From contig CAWBEI010000002.1 of NCBI GenBank assembly GCA_963787835.1, positions 1,824,001-1,888,000 on the forward strand: a stretch of DNA of 64,000 nt, written 5' to 3'. A model generated the notes under the pieces. It searched no databases. It was given only the letters and a program-made list of their open reading frames with translations, and was not told where the DNA came from. This document shows positions 1 through 10,014 of this stretch, piece after piece (the stretch's first letter is position 1; each line of letters starts with the position of its first letter). The position numbers and the translations under genes are program-made. The DNA comes from Ignavibacteriota bacterium (GTDB lineage Bacteria > Bacteroidota > Ignavibacteria > Palsa-1295).

Positions 1-1277
1 TAATGCGCCCATCCCTCAATAAAGGCATACGATGCAAAAGTTTTCCCGATCTTGCTCAGCGCTTTTTGAATGTGAAGGAAATGCACGTAATGTCCCGGAT
101 ACGCCTCATGGATCGAAATAATTTCAAGCACCGAGCGGTTCAATCCATGCAAAAATTCCTTGCGTTTTGCTTCATCCCAACTTGCTTCCGGCAGTGTCAC
201 ATAATAAAATGCTTCTGTCGCGACCTTTTCGAATGCGCCGGGGCTATCCATCGCTGCGAAAGCCCATCGCATGTGCGCCGGCGTTTCGCGAACGGTGCAG
301 CGAACTTCGGATGGGATCGCAACAATATCATTCTGAATAATGAATGAGCGGATGCGTTCGAGCATCGTCGTCGTCTGCGCGATAATGCTCTGCTCGCTAA
401 AGTGATCGCTCTCGATGTACGTATGGAACACTTCACGCGGAGTAAGCTTGGAATCGAGTTCCTCGCTGGCGCGGTAGAGTTCGAGCGTCAGGTGCTCCAG
501 TTCCCGGCGCCCCTTGTCGAGCAGGGTTTCGAGCGAATCGGTGACGAGTTCCGCAGACTGTACGAAGCGTTCGAACAGATTCGCGCCAAGCCGGAAGTAA
601 TCGTACAGCGCCGTTGGCAGCACGACCGTTCGCACCGCTTCAAGGAAGCTCGAAACCGCCATTCTTGCGCTTGGGATAGCATCGTGCAGATCCTGCATGA
701 GAGCGGCATCTTCGATCTTGCCTTCGTACTTACTGGGCAATCCGTCGAGGTATTGAAGAATGCCTTCGAGCGATTCGATACTCGTCTCGACGATGGTGCG
801 GTCGAGCTTGGTGGCAAGGTTTTGCCTGGCCACAGCCAGAATGCGAGGATAGGCGCGCAAGCGCGCGAGCACCGAACGCATGCGTGCCGTCAGCGGAGCA
901 AACTCGCGGTCGATAAGATGCGATAGTTCCAACTGTCCGTTGTAGGACATCGGGTTCCATTCATACTCTTTTAACTCGGTGAGCCGAAAGATCTCATCGC
1001 GCAGCTTCCATTCGATCATCCGGCACTCATAACGTGTCAGATCGTCGGCAGCGACATGCGCGGCCGAGGAGCCGGAAAAATCCCGATCGAGAATGATAAG
1101 GGCGCACCGCAATTCATGCAGATATTCTTCGCGCCTTGGGGCGCTGTAATCTTCGACGAGCGCATCGTACTCGTGCAAACCGAGTACCGATGCAGTTGTC
1201 GGATAATATCCGAGATAGATAGAAAGCACATATTCCCGGAATTCACCAAAATCGAAATACTTGCGAGGGGCAATCAT
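1..1277 (-). CDS. DUF885-family putative metallopeptidase (3' end runs off the window)
   Basis: Not in the ORF track because no stop falls in the window. Manual translation from ATG 1277 (MIAPRKYFDF...) stays open to base 1 and contains HEAYPGHYVH and FIEGWAH, typical DUF885 motifs. Confidence 0.85.
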   Translation of the reverse strand, partial: MIAPRKYFDFGEFREYVLSIYLGYYPTTASVLGLHEYDALVEDYSAPRREEYLHELRCALIILDRDFSGSSAAHVAADDLTRYECRMIEWKLRDEIFRLTELKEYEWNPMSYNGQLELSHLIDREFAPLTARMRSVLARLRAYPRILAVARQNLATKLDRTIVETSIESLEGILQYLDGLPSKYEGKIEDAALMQDLHDAIPSARMAVSSFLEAVRTVVLPTALYDYFRLGANLFERFVQSAELVTDSLETLLDKGRRELEHLTLELYRASEELDSKLTPREVFHTYIESDHFSEQSIIAQTTTMLERIRSFIIQNDIVAIPSEVRCTVRETPAHMRWAFAAMDSPGAFEKVATEAFYYVTLPEASWDEAKRKEFLHGLNRSVLEIISIHEAYPGHYVHFLHIQKALSKIGKTFASYAFIEGWAH

Positions 1278-1300
1278 AAAAATTCCTATTCGAATTATTG

Positions 1301-2284
1301 TTAACCAAGTTTTACTTCGGACGAATCGCCGACATTGATCTGGCGCACACTGCCCTGAACTCTGGCATTGTTCCCGACAATGCTGCCGGTGAGTATAATA
1401 TTCTCCACCAACGCTCCATCTCCGATGATGCTGTCGTGAATGATCGCATTCCGCACACGGGTTCCCGCGCCGATCGTGGCATAGGGGCCAAGAATGGCAT
1501 TTTCAACATCTGCTGTTTCGGATATAAATACGGGTTCCTGTACAACGGTATGCGGAAGCGCGCGGCTTTGGGATCTTTTATCGAGTAACGCGCGGTTGGT
1601 ACTGAGCAATGTTTCCGGTTTGCCGCAATCGTACCAGCCCTTGAGCGGGAATGTCGCAAACTTCTCGCCGCGCTCGATCATCATTTGCAGCGCGTCCGTC
1701 AGTTGGTACTCATTCTTGGTGCGCGTATCGGACGCAATAAGTTCTTCCAAGCATGTTCGCAGCAGCGGGGGATTCCGGAAATAGTAAAGCCCCGCGATCA
1801 TCCAATTGCTCTTTGGATGTTCCGGCTTCTCGACGAGCCGCGTTGCAATTCCGCCTTCGGATTCTACTACGCCAAACCGGCGCGGGTCATCCACGTAGAA
1901 CACGCCGAGCGCGCTGGTATTTCCTTGAAAAACAGATTTGAGATCAACATCGAAGATCGTATCACCAAGCACGATGAAGAGCGGGGAGCCATCGGAGGGA
2001 ATATCCTCTCGTGCCATCCAGATGGCGTGGCCGAGGCCAAGTAATTCCGTTTGTTCGACAAAGTTGACAGGAAGAGTGGGATAACGCTGTCGCGTGAACT
2101 CCCGCACAGCATCGCCTAAGTATCCGACAATGATGGTCGCGCTGGTGACGCCATCGGCAATAATTTGATCGAGTATGTGCGCAAGAATAGGCTTTCCAGC
2201 CACATTCAGGAGCACTTTCGGAAGGCTGAATGTATGCGGCCTAAGCCGCGTGCCAAAACCTGCTACCGGGATAATTGCATGCAT
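1301..2284 (-). CDS. Sugar-phosphate nucleotidyltransferase (glucose-1-phosphate thymidylyltransferase-like) with C-terminal hexapeptide region
   Basis: MHAIIPVAGFGTRLRPHT...PKVL N-terminal motif, LVEKP, EYQLTDA, WYDCG. Confidence 0.9.
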   Translation of the reverse strand: MHAIIPVAGFGTRLRPHTFSLPKVLLNVAGKPILAHILDQIIADGVTSATIIVGYLGDAVREFTRQRYPTLPVNFVEQTELLGLGHAIWMAREDIPSDGSPLFIVLGDTIFDVDLKSVFQGNTSALGVFYVDDPRRFGVVESEGGIATRLVEKPEHPKSNWMIAGLYYFRNPPLLRTCLEELIASDTRTKNEYQLTDALQMMIERGEKFATFPLKGWYDCGKPETLLSTNRALLDKRSQSRALPHTVVQEPVFISETADVENAILGPYATIGAGTRVRNAIIHDSIIGDGALVENIILTGSIVGNNARVQGSVRQINVGDSSEVKLG

Positions 2285-2422
2285 GGAAGTATGCCAACGT
2301 AACGCATGGAAGTAAGGCAACCTAACGGGGCAATCCAAAGAATTATCCCTTATTCATCTGCAAAAATACAAAATCTCTTATACGGTGGGCGTCAACTGCG
2401 CAAATGATGTGTTATTTGAGAT

Positions 2423-3469
2423 ATGCGAAAAACATTGTTCGGTTCATCGCTTCTGTTAGTGGCGATCGCGGTAGTTTCTATCTTGCAGGCTGGCTGTAGC
2501 TCATCGAGCACAACGACGCTATCGCAAGAAGTATCGAATGTCGAATGGCTGCCAGATGAATCCGGAATGGTCGCATTTATCGATCAGATCACCGAAGATG
2601 CGTATGGCAATCAGACGGAGGGCCAAAATCTTTATCAGGTTAATAGCAGCGGCTCGATCGGGAATGCGCTGAACTCCTCGGCAATATCCCCGGATCTGAA
2701 TTACTGGAGTGCGCCGGTCATTTATGTTTCTTCGGATGGCAAAACTGCGATCACGGGATTTGGAGCAGATATTTATTCGATCCCGACCGGAGGGGGGAAT
2801 GTAAACGATATTATTCAATCCACCGCGCTCTTTGGCATTTCCTCGGACGGCAAATATGCGATAACAAGCCCAACTCCCGCTAATGTCGCCGCCATCCTTT
2901 GGCCCTTTATGTTTTCATCGTCCAACATCACGGCCCAAACGCATCGGACGATACCCGGCATATTCAGCAATCGTGCATTGTGGCTCAATAACGATGAGTA
3001 CGCGCTATCCATCGTTGACTCAACGGATGCCCTGGGGCTTCACGAACATGTAACGATCTATAATGCGCAGGGGGATTCGGTGATGGCCATTCCGAATGGG
3101 GATGTTTCATTTTCCGCAAGTGCATTTTCACCCGGCGCGAACGAGATCTTCGTCCGTACGAACGCCTTTGGGATCGATGGGATCAATCTGACCACCGGGG
3201 TTCGTACCCAGATCATCAATACCGACAGCGTCGAGAGCATGGATGCGTCGAGCGATGGAACCCTTGTCGTTTATACTTCGAAGGAGGCTTCCCAAACCTA
3301 CGGGACGATGTATGCCGTAAACGCTTCAAACGGACATATTAAACCTATGAACGTTACAGGTATTATCCTGCCGCGTATCTCTCCCAAAGGCGATCGCGTC
3401 GCGTGCATCAATCAGATCGATGGACAGAACTCGAACATCAATGTGTTCACCGTGACCACTCCGCCATAA
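2423..3469 (+). CDS. Lipoprotein with TolB/PD40-like beta-propeller repeats
   Basis: Lipobox LQAGC, then repeated WLPDES, SSDGK, FSPG, SSDGT and ISPKG turns. Confidence 0.65.
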   Translation: MRKTLFGSSLLLVAIAVVSILQAGCSSSSTTTLSQEVSNVEWLPDESGMVAFIDQITEDAYGNQTEGQNLYQVNSSGSIGNALNSSAISPDLNYWSAPVIYVSSDGKTAITGFGADIYSIPTGGGNVNDIIQSTALFGISSDGKYAITSPTPANVAAILWPFMFSSSNITAQTHRTIPGIFSNRALWLNNDEYALSIVDSTDALGLHEHVTIYNAQGDSVMAIPNGDVSFSASAFSPGANEIFVRTNAFGIDGINLTTGVRTQIINTDSVESMDASSDGTLVVYTSKEASQTYGTMYAVNASNGHIKPMNVTGIILPRISPKGDRVACINQIDGQNSNINVFTVTTPP

Positions 3470-3505
3470 AAGGGAGCCGCCTATTTCACTAAATCTCTGA
3501 AACGA

Positions 3506-3766
3506 TCAGTTCTTTTCGGCAGCAGCACTCGAGCACCCGCCGTGCTGTGAACAGCTCGGGTTAGAACAACCGGCCTTGCTTGATTAGGCTTTTGTTGCAG
3601 TAGCTGCAGTGCAATGTCCGGAACATTTACCCGCACAATGACCGGAGCAAAGGGCAGTTTTCTTGCCCTTGTGCGATTTCGTCGTCGTTTTGGTGCCGTC
3701 GGTGGCATTGGCTGCTGTGGCGCTAAGGAAAAGCCCAATTGTGAGAAGGAGTGCAAACTTGCGCAT
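3506..3766 (-). CDS. Small secreted Cys/His-rich protein with an in-frame TAA at 3584-3586
   Basis: Signal peptide (MRKFALLLTIGLFLSATAANA), then CSGHCAGKCSGHC. The same frame continues past TAA as SSKAGCSNPSCSQHGGCSSAAAEKN to TGA at 3506-3508. Confidence 0.6.
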
Positions 3767-3854
3767 GATCGTCAGAAATTACTTAATTAAAGGATAATGA
3801 ACTATATTCGAACGCCGGGGCTTGAAAAAGGTTCATATTGAACATCTAAGAACA

Positions 3855-4760
3855 ATGAAATTAGCAATGATCGGTTTAGGCCGCATGGGTGCGAATATGG
3901 CCGAACGGCTTATTCGTGGTGGGCATGAAGTTATAGGATACGACCCCAACGAGAATGCCCGAAAGAGCGCCGAACAGACGGGAGTAACCTCCATTTCGTC
4001 CATTGAGTCCATTGCGGATGCATTACCGAAGCCCAAAATTCTCTGGATGATGGTTCCGGCAGGCAAAATTATTGAGGATACCATTGCAACGCTGACCCCG
4101 CTGCTGAAAACTGGCGATATCCTGATCGATGGCGGGAATTCTAATTACAAAGACACCATGCGCCGTGCGGAATCCTTGAAAAAGAACGGCATTGCATATA
4201 TCGATTCCGGAACAAGCGGCGGGATCTGGGGGCTTGCCGAAGGGTACTCAATGATGATCGGCGGAGATGAAACTGCAGTGGAATCGCTTCGGCCTATTTT
4301 CGAAACACTTGCACCGGCAAAAGATAAAGGATGGGGTAGGGTCGGGCCGTGCGGTGCGGGGCATTTTGTGAAAATGGTTCACAACGGCATCGAGTACGGC
4401 CTGATGCAGGCGTATGCCGAGGGATTCTCTATTCTAAAGCATAAAAAAGATTTCGATCTGGATACCCATCACGTGGCCGAGATCTGGCGATACGGAAGCG
4501 TCGTGCGTTCGTGGCTGCTCGACCTGGCTTCCGATGCGCTCGAAAAAAATCCCAATCTCGATGGTATTGCACCCATTGTTGCCGATACCGGCGAAGGCCG
4601 CTGGACGGTATTCGAGGCCATCGATCTCGATGTGCCTGCTCCGGTCATCACCCTTTCGCTTATGGAGCGCATTCGCTCGCGCGAAGTAGAATCCTTCGGA
4701 GACAAGCTCCTATCTGCTATGCGCAATGAGTTCGGCGGTCATGCCATCACGAAGGAATGA
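3855..4760 (+). CDS. gnd: 6-phosphogluconate dehydrogenase (decarboxylating, short form)
   Basis: IGLGRMG Rossmann motif, IDGGN, DSGTSGG, GHFVKMVHNGIEYG, MRNEFGGH. Confidence 0.95.
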   Translation: MKLAMIGLGRMGANMAERLIRGGHEVIGYDPNENARKSAEQTGVTSISSIESIADALPKPKILWMMVPAGKIIEDTIATLTPLLKTGDILIDGGNSNYKDTMRRAESLKKNGIAYIDSGTSGGIWGLAEGYSMMIGGDETAVESLRPIFETLAPAKDKGWGRVGPCGAGHFVKMVHNGIEYGLMQAYAEGFSILKHKKDFDLDTHHVAEIWRYGSVVRSWLLDLASDALEKNPNLDGIAPIVADTGEGRWTVFEAIDLDVPAPVITLSLMERIRSREVESFGDKLLSAMRNEFGGHAITKE

Positions 4761-4763
4761 GGA

Positions 4764-4848
4764 GTGTCCCGAAGGGACACAAGGAAATAGCCAGGGACGT
4801 GAGTCCCCGGTGAGCGAAGACATATTTTTATAAAGCCCCGAAGGGGGC
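4764..4848. repeat. REP-like palindromic cluster between gnd and zwf
   Basis: Hairpins GTGTCCC-GAA-GGGACAC (4764-4780), CCAGGGAC...GTCCCCGG (4791-4810) and GCCCC-GAAG-GGGGC (4835-4848). Confidence 0.6.
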
Positions 4849-4883
4849 GAAAGGAAAAATCTTTAAGAAATAGATTTTGAATC

Positions 4884-6317
4884 ATGCCAATTAAACTCGA
4901 TCCGTGCCTTGCCTGTATTTTTGGTGGAACCGGCGATCTCGCACACCGAAAGATACTTCCCGCCGTCTTTGAAATGTCGCAGGCCGGACAATTGCCGAAG
5001 GAAACCATCATTCTCGCCATCGGACGTAATAAGAACAAGACCGATGCCTCGTTTCGCAAGGAGATCACCCTTTCGATCCAAAAAGCGCTCGGTAAGGATT
5101 TCGACGAGATCGAGGAATGGTGTGGTGCACGGATCTTCTATCATGGCATCTCGAAAGGATCGCGCGATGAATTCACTAAGCTTCGTTCACGGATCGCAAG
5201 CCTGGAACGAAAACATAAACTAACCGGAAATCGGATATTTCACCTTGCCATTCCGCCGCAGTTCTTTGCGCCGACGATCAAATCATTAGGCGTTTCCGGA
5301 TTGAATGAATCCAACGGTTGGACGCGTCTGGTCATTGAAAAGCCGTTCGGACGAGATCTTAAGACCGCTGTGGCTTTGAACGATATTATTTATACGTATT
5401 TCACCGAAGATCAGGTCTATCGCATCGACCACTATCTCGGCAAAGAGACGGTCCAGAATTTACTCGCATTCCGGTTTGGGAATTCTATTTTCGAGTCCAT
5501 CTGGAATCGGGAAAAGATCGAGAAGGTCGAGATCGTCGTCGCCGAAGAGCTTGGCATCGAGTCGCGCGCGGATTATTACGAAAAAAGCGGGGCCTTGCGC
5601 GATATGGTGCAAAACCATCTCACGCAGCTTCTGACACTTGCGGCAATGGAAATTCCGCTGGCCTTTAAAGCGGAAGATCTGCGTTTCGAAAAAGTAAAAG
5701 TGCTGCGTTCGATCGCGCCTATTAGGGCCGAAGATGTGGTCTTAGGACAATACACCGAAGGGGAACTTGCTGGCAATGGCGTGCTCGGATACCGGCAAGA
5801 AGATGGCGTCCGGAGCGATTCGAAAACGCCAACCTTCGTCGCGCTCAAAATAAGGATCGAAAATTGGCGGTGGCACGATGTCCCGTTCTATCTCACGACC
5901 GGCAAGCGGCTGAAGGAACGAAAATCGGAGATCATCGTCACGTTTCGGTGCCCGCCTGTTTCGTTGTTCAAATCTTCCGATGGCGAAGATGGTCATCCGA
6001 ACGTGCTCGTCATCTCGATCCAGCCTAACGAGGGGTTCCGCATTTCTTTCCAGGTCAAAAAACCGGGACAGGAGATGGCAGTCCAATCCGAATGGATGCA
6101 CTTCTCGTATGATGAAGCTTTCGGCCCGATGCCGGATGCGTATTACACGCTGCTTCGTGACGTAATGCTCGGCGATCAATCCCTCTTCGTTTCCGCCGAC
6201 GAAACGCTCGCATCCTGGAAACTATATACGCCTGTGCTGAACGCGCACCGCTCCTTACATAACTACCCCGCCGGTTCCTGGGGACCGAAAGAAGCGGAGA
6301 CATTGATGAAAGGTTAG
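4884..6317 (+). CDS. zwf: Glucose-6-phosphate 1-dehydrogenase
   Basis: FGGTGDLA, EKPFG, RIDHYLGKE, RDMVQNHL. Confidence 0.97.
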   Translation: MPIKLDPCLACIFGGTGDLAHRKILPAVFEMSQAGQLPKETIILAIGRNKNKTDASFRKEITLSIQKALGKDFDEIEEWCGARIFYHGISKGSRDEFTKLRSRIASLERKHKLTGNRIFHLAIPPQFFAPTIKSLGVSGLNESNGWTRLVIEKPFGRDLKTAVALNDIIYTYFTEDQVYRIDHYLGKETVQNLLAFRFGNSIFESIWNREKIEKVEIVVAEELGIESRADYYEKSGALRDMVQNHLTQLLTLAAMEIPLAFKAEDLRFEKVKVLRSIAPIRAEDVVLGQYTEGELAGNGVLGYRQEDGVRSDSKTPTFVALKIRIENWRWHDVPFYLTTGKRLKERKSEIIVTFRCPPVSLFKSSDGEDGHPNVLVISIQPNEGFRISFQVKKPGQEMAVQSEWMHFSYDEAFGPMPDAYYTLLRDVMLGDQSLFVSADETLASWKLYTPVLNAHRSLHNYPAGSWGPKEAETLMKG

Positions 6318-6604
6318 ACCCGATCACGCCAATAGCCCGGTTTGCGTGATTGATGTGCAAGAGCGTTAATTACTATTTCGCCCGGTAGCACTTCATAAAG
6401 GATTGAAAATGGAAAGTTATGTAAGAATTTGACGCGCAATTTACCAGCGTGAATAGGGAATAAGTGGGGCGAATTCGCAATTGGAATCAAAGCCTCATCG
6501 AGTTCTTCAGTGAATCTAATTGCTGCCATCGGACTTTCTTCAATGTAGTAATCGAGTGCCTCGGTCAAGTCGGTTTCGGCTGCCGAGAGCCAACGAATTT
6601 TCAT
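6314..6604 (-). CDS. RelE/ParE-family type II toxin
   Basis: 96 aa; AETDLTEALDYY...FPFSILY...ALAHQSRKPGYW pattern; overlaps the upstream antitoxin. Confidence 0.85.
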   Translation of the reverse strand: MKIRWLSAAETDLTEALDYYIEESPMAAIRFTEELDEALIPIANSPHLFPIHAGKLRVKFLHNFPFSILYEVLPGEIVINALAHQSRKPGYWRDRV

Positions 6605-6840
6605 CCTCGTTTGCTGGCTTGCTGAATTCTTTTCCGAGCGTTAGCCATGACTACATCTGAATCGGTCGCTTGCATCTCGCCGCGGTGGTAAGCTTCCATC
6701 CTCCGCTCGCCTTCTTCGACCCACAGTTTCATATTCTCGTCCTTCGAGAGATGTTCGGTGATCTCCTCGGCGAGCAAAGCCTGCTCGTGAGGGTCAAGTT
6801 CGAATACTTCCTCGCGCAGTTGTTCACGGTGTCTGTCCAT
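6601..6840 (-). CDS. Addiction-module antitoxin component
   Basis: 79 aa acidic protein with W..E.ERR...Y..G motif; 4-bp overlap with the toxin start. Confidence 0.8.
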   Translation of the reverse strand: MDRHREQLREEVFELDPHEQALLAEEITEHLSKDENMKLWVEEGERRMEAYHRGEMQATDSDVVMANARKRIQQASKRG

Positions 6841-7029
6841 AGAAATACCAACTTCTTCTCGTCACCATAAAGTGCCCGCCATTCGGCTGCACTGATCTTG
6901 TTATGATTTTAAAAACAGGCATATTACGGAATAGTTACGCGCACGATTTGGTACTACCTCATATTTTCCGAACCCCGCGCCTCATTTTGCCGTTTGGCAC
7001 TTGCTCACTAACAAATACCTATCCATTCG

Positions 7030-8058
7030 ATGAAAAAGCAAGAATTATTTTCCAAAACGGTCGAGCATATCGACATAAAAAAGATGAATGCCGTGCCGAT
7101 GGTCGAAGCCATGGGGCACATGGCCTTTCAGGCTCGCAATCTTAACCGCGCCGCACAAATTTTCAATATGATGATCGAAGAGAAAGGCTGTTCGGTCATT
7201 ATGTGCCTTGCCGGTTCGCTGATTAGTGCGGGCTTGAAGCAGGTTATTATCGATCTCATCGAAAACCGCATGATCGATGCCATTGTCTCGACGGGCGCGA
7301 ACATCGTCGATCAGGATTTCTTCGAGGCGCTTGGTTTCCGGCATTACCAGGGATCGCAATATCTCGATGATAACACCTTGCGCGATCTCTCCATCGACCG
7401 CATTTACGATACGCTTATCGATGAGGATGAGCTCCGCGTCTGCGATCACACGATCGGCGAAATTGCCGATTCGCTCGAACATCGCCCGTATTCATCACGC
7501 GAATTCATCTGGGAGATGGGAAAATTTTTAGAGGAGCGCCATCCCGAAGCGAATTCCATCGTGCTCACGGCGTTCCGGAACGATGTTCCGATCTTCGTTC
7601 CCGCCTTCAGCGATTGCAGCGCCGGCTTCGGACTCGTCATGCACCAGACCGCGCATCCGGACGAGCACGTTTCGCTCGACTCCGCAAAAGATTTCCTCGA
7701 ACTCACCCGCTTGAAGCTTGTGAGTAAAGAAACGGGCTTGCTCATGATCGGTGGGGGAGTGCCGAAGAATTTCGCGCAGGATATCGTCGTCGCCGCAGAA
7801 TTGCTCGGTGAAGATGCGCCGATGCACAAATACGCCATTCAAATTACTGTTGCCGATGAGCGTGATGGAGCGTTGTCCGGCTCGACACTTCGCGAAGCCT
7901 CGTCATGGGGGAAGGTTTCTACGTCTTATGAACAGATGGTCTATTGCGAAGCAACCGTTGCATTGCCCTTGCTTGCAAGTTATGCCTACCACAAAGGCGC
8001 TTGGAAATCGCGCGAAGCCCGTAAGCTGGCGCTGAATTTTGAGAATGTAATGGCTTAA
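7030..8058 (+). CDS. Deoxyhypusine synthase-family protein (probable homospermidine synthesis role)
   Basis: STGAN, IDRIYD, GGGVPKN, DGALSGSTLREASSWGKV with the catalytic Lys. Confidence 0.9.
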   Translation: MKKQELFSKTVEHIDIKKMNAVPMVEAMGHMAFQARNLNRAAQIFNMMIEEKGCSVIMCLAGSLISAGLKQVIIDLIENRMIDAIVSTGANIVDQDFFEALGFRHYQGSQYLDDNTLRDLSIDRIYDTLIDEDELRVCDHTIGEIADSLEHRPYSSREFIWEMGKFLEERHPEANSIVLTAFRNDVPIFVPAFSDCSAGFGLVMHQTAHPDEHVSLDSAKDFLELTRLKLVSKETGLLMIGGGVPKNFAQDIVVAAELLGEDAPMHKYAIQITVADERDGALSGSTLREASSWGKVSTSYEQMVYCEATVALPLLASYAYHKGAWKSREARKLALNFENVMA

Positions 8059-8082
8059 TGTTAAGCGTCTCACATTTTAAGA

Positions 8083-8211
8083 TGTCATTGCGAGGAGAAC
8101 ATTCGAAGCGGAGCGGAGAATGTTCGACGAAGCAATCTCAATCTCGAAGTGAAGAGATTGCTTCGTCGAAGACGAAAGGCTGTCGCCTTTCATCTTCTCC
8201 TCGCAATGACA
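8083..8211. repeat. Nested palindromic REP/MITE-like element
   Basis: Terminal inverted repeat TGTCATTGCGAGGAGAA / TTCTCCTCGCAATGACA; inner TTCGACGAAGCAATCTC / GAGATTGCTTCGTCGAA. Confidence 0.85.
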
Positions 8212-8221
8212 GGAACACACA

Positions 8222-9184
8222 ATGATCATTCTCACGGGCGGAGCCGGATTCATTGGTAGCGTATTGTTGCGTAAGCTCAATGAGGCTGGGCATAAGGATG
8301 TGCTCGTGGTCGATACCGCAGCAATGGAACATTCCCCTAATTTGCGCGGGAAACAGTACCGGTATGTTGAGCGGGATGCGTTATTCGATTTCCTAAAAAC
8401 AGTAAAGCCCTCGGACGTTGAAGCCGTACTTCATATAGGAGCGATCACATCCACGACCGAAACCGATAAGGCGCTGCTCGACAAATATAATTTCAATTAT
8501 AGCAAACAGCTTGGGGAGTGGGCATTCGAGCATGGTATCCGATTTATCTACGCTTCCAGCGCCGCAACGTATGGCGACGGAACCCTCGGTTTTTCGGATG
8601 CTAATGAGATGACTCCGAAGCTCAAGCCGCTCAATCTCTATGGTGAATCGAAACGCGAGTTCGATGCGTGGCTGATCCAGAACGGGTATGATACTCGTGC
8701 CTGTGGATTCAAATTCTTCAACGTCTTCGGTCCGAATGAATATCATAAGGACGCAATGGCAAGCCTTGTGTTCAAAGCCTACCATCAGATCTTGGAAACA
8801 GGAGTGATATGTCTGTTCAAATCCGCCGATCCGCGCTATAAGGACGGCGAATTCAAGCGGGATTTTATTTATGTGATGGATGCCGTCGATGTGCTGATGT
8901 GGTCGCTCGAACATCCCGAAGCGAATGGCATTTTTAATCTTGGCACCGGTCATGCGCGCTCGTGGAATGACCTTGCAGCTTCGATGTTTAGTGCCATGAG
9001 CGTCCAGCAAAACATTGTGTATATCGATATGCCTGAAAATATTCGGCCGGCATATCAATATTTCACAGAAGCAGATATGTCGAAGTTACGTAATGCCGGA
9101 TATACAAAGCCATTTGAAGCACTTGAAGATTCTGTACGCGATTACGCTCGGAATTATCTCATGAAGCCAAATCCCTATTATTGA
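8222..9184 (+). CDS. hldD: ADP-L-glycero-D-manno-heptose 6-epimerase
   Basis: TGGAGFIGS, YASSAATYG, PLNLYGESK, FNVFGPNEYHK, YQYFTEA. Confidence 0.92.
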   Translation: MIILTGGAGFIGSVLLRKLNEAGHKDVLVVDTAAMEHSPNLRGKQYRYVERDALFDFLKTVKPSDVEAVLHIGAITSTTETDKALLDKYNFNYSKQLGEWAFEHGIRFIYASSAATYGDGTLGFSDANEMTPKLKPLNLYGESKREFDAWLIQNGYDTRACGFKFFNVFGPNEYHKDAMASLVFKAYHQILETGVICLFKSADPRYKDGEFKRDFIYVMDAVDVLMWSLEHPEANGIFNLGTGHARSWNDLAASMFSAMSVQQNIVYIDMPENIRPAYQYFTEADMSKLRNAGYTKPFEALEDSVRDYARNYLMKPNPYY

Positions 9185-9201
9185 CCGGAGAACTATTACC
9201 A

Positions 9202-9917
9202 ATGGAGATCAAAGTATTTTCGAATATCGAAGAGTTGAGCGCCACCGTCGCGAGCGCGATCTCTATCTTAGCACGCCAGGCCATTGCCGAACGTGGCCGA
9301 TTCACCATTGCGCTCTCTGGCGGTAAAACACCACGTGCGCTCTATGAAATAGTAGCCAAAGAGTATTCCATTACCATCGATTGGTCGCGGGTGCATCTAT
9401 TCTGGAGCGATGAGCGGAATGTTCCTCACAGCGATCAGGAAAGCAATTTTCGCATGGCGAAAGAAGCACTGCTCGACCCCATCGATATTCCATTGGAGAA
9501 CGTGCATGCGGTTCCCATTCTCATGAATGATACGGCCGAAGCGGTTGCTGCCCGTTATGCGGCTGTTCTACAAGAGAGTTTTGGCCAGCAAATTCCGGAA
9601 TTCGATCTTATTCTTCTTGGCATCGGCAAGGATGGCCACACTGCATCGCTGTTCCCAGGCATGACGGAGGATGCCATGACCAAAGGGTTTGTGATCGCGA
9701 CCCAATCGCCGATCCCGCCTATCGAGCGCGTTTCCATGACGTTGTTTGTCATCAATAATGCTCGGAATGTTTATTTTCTGGTATCCGGTGAAGAGAAAAA
9801 ACAAATATTGAAATCGGTGCTTGCTGACGAAGGGAATGCCGAGACGAAGTATCCGGCTGCCGCGTCCATCCACGCGGCGAGCTCGTGTGGTTTGTCGATG
9901 AAGCAGCAATGAGTTAG
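9202..9917 (+). CDS. pgl: 6-phosphogluconolactonase (apparent 1-nt frameshift near 9861)
   Basis: LSGGKTP, WSDERNVP, LGIGKDGHTASLFP. The expected C-terminus RVHPRGELVWFVDEAAMS* lies in another frame ending at TAG 9915-9917. Confidence 0.9.
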
Positions 9918-9949
9918 AGTGTACGCCGGGTTTTAACCCGGTGTACACT
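9918..9949. terminator. Stem-loop after pgl (terminator or REP-like)
   Basis: AGTGTACGCCGGGTT-TT-AACCCGGTGTACACT, a near-perfect inverted repeat. Confidence 0.55.
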
Positions 9950-10014
9950 TATTGTTCAATGAATTAATCTTCAAACTTGCACTTCTTCCTCTCGATCGTG
10001 GTTGATAAACAACC

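Noticed and set aside
3506-3766. RiPP precursor or selenoprotein
   Set aside because: No radical SAM or other maturase nearby, a Sec-type signal peptide is present, and the internal stop is TAA rather than TGA.
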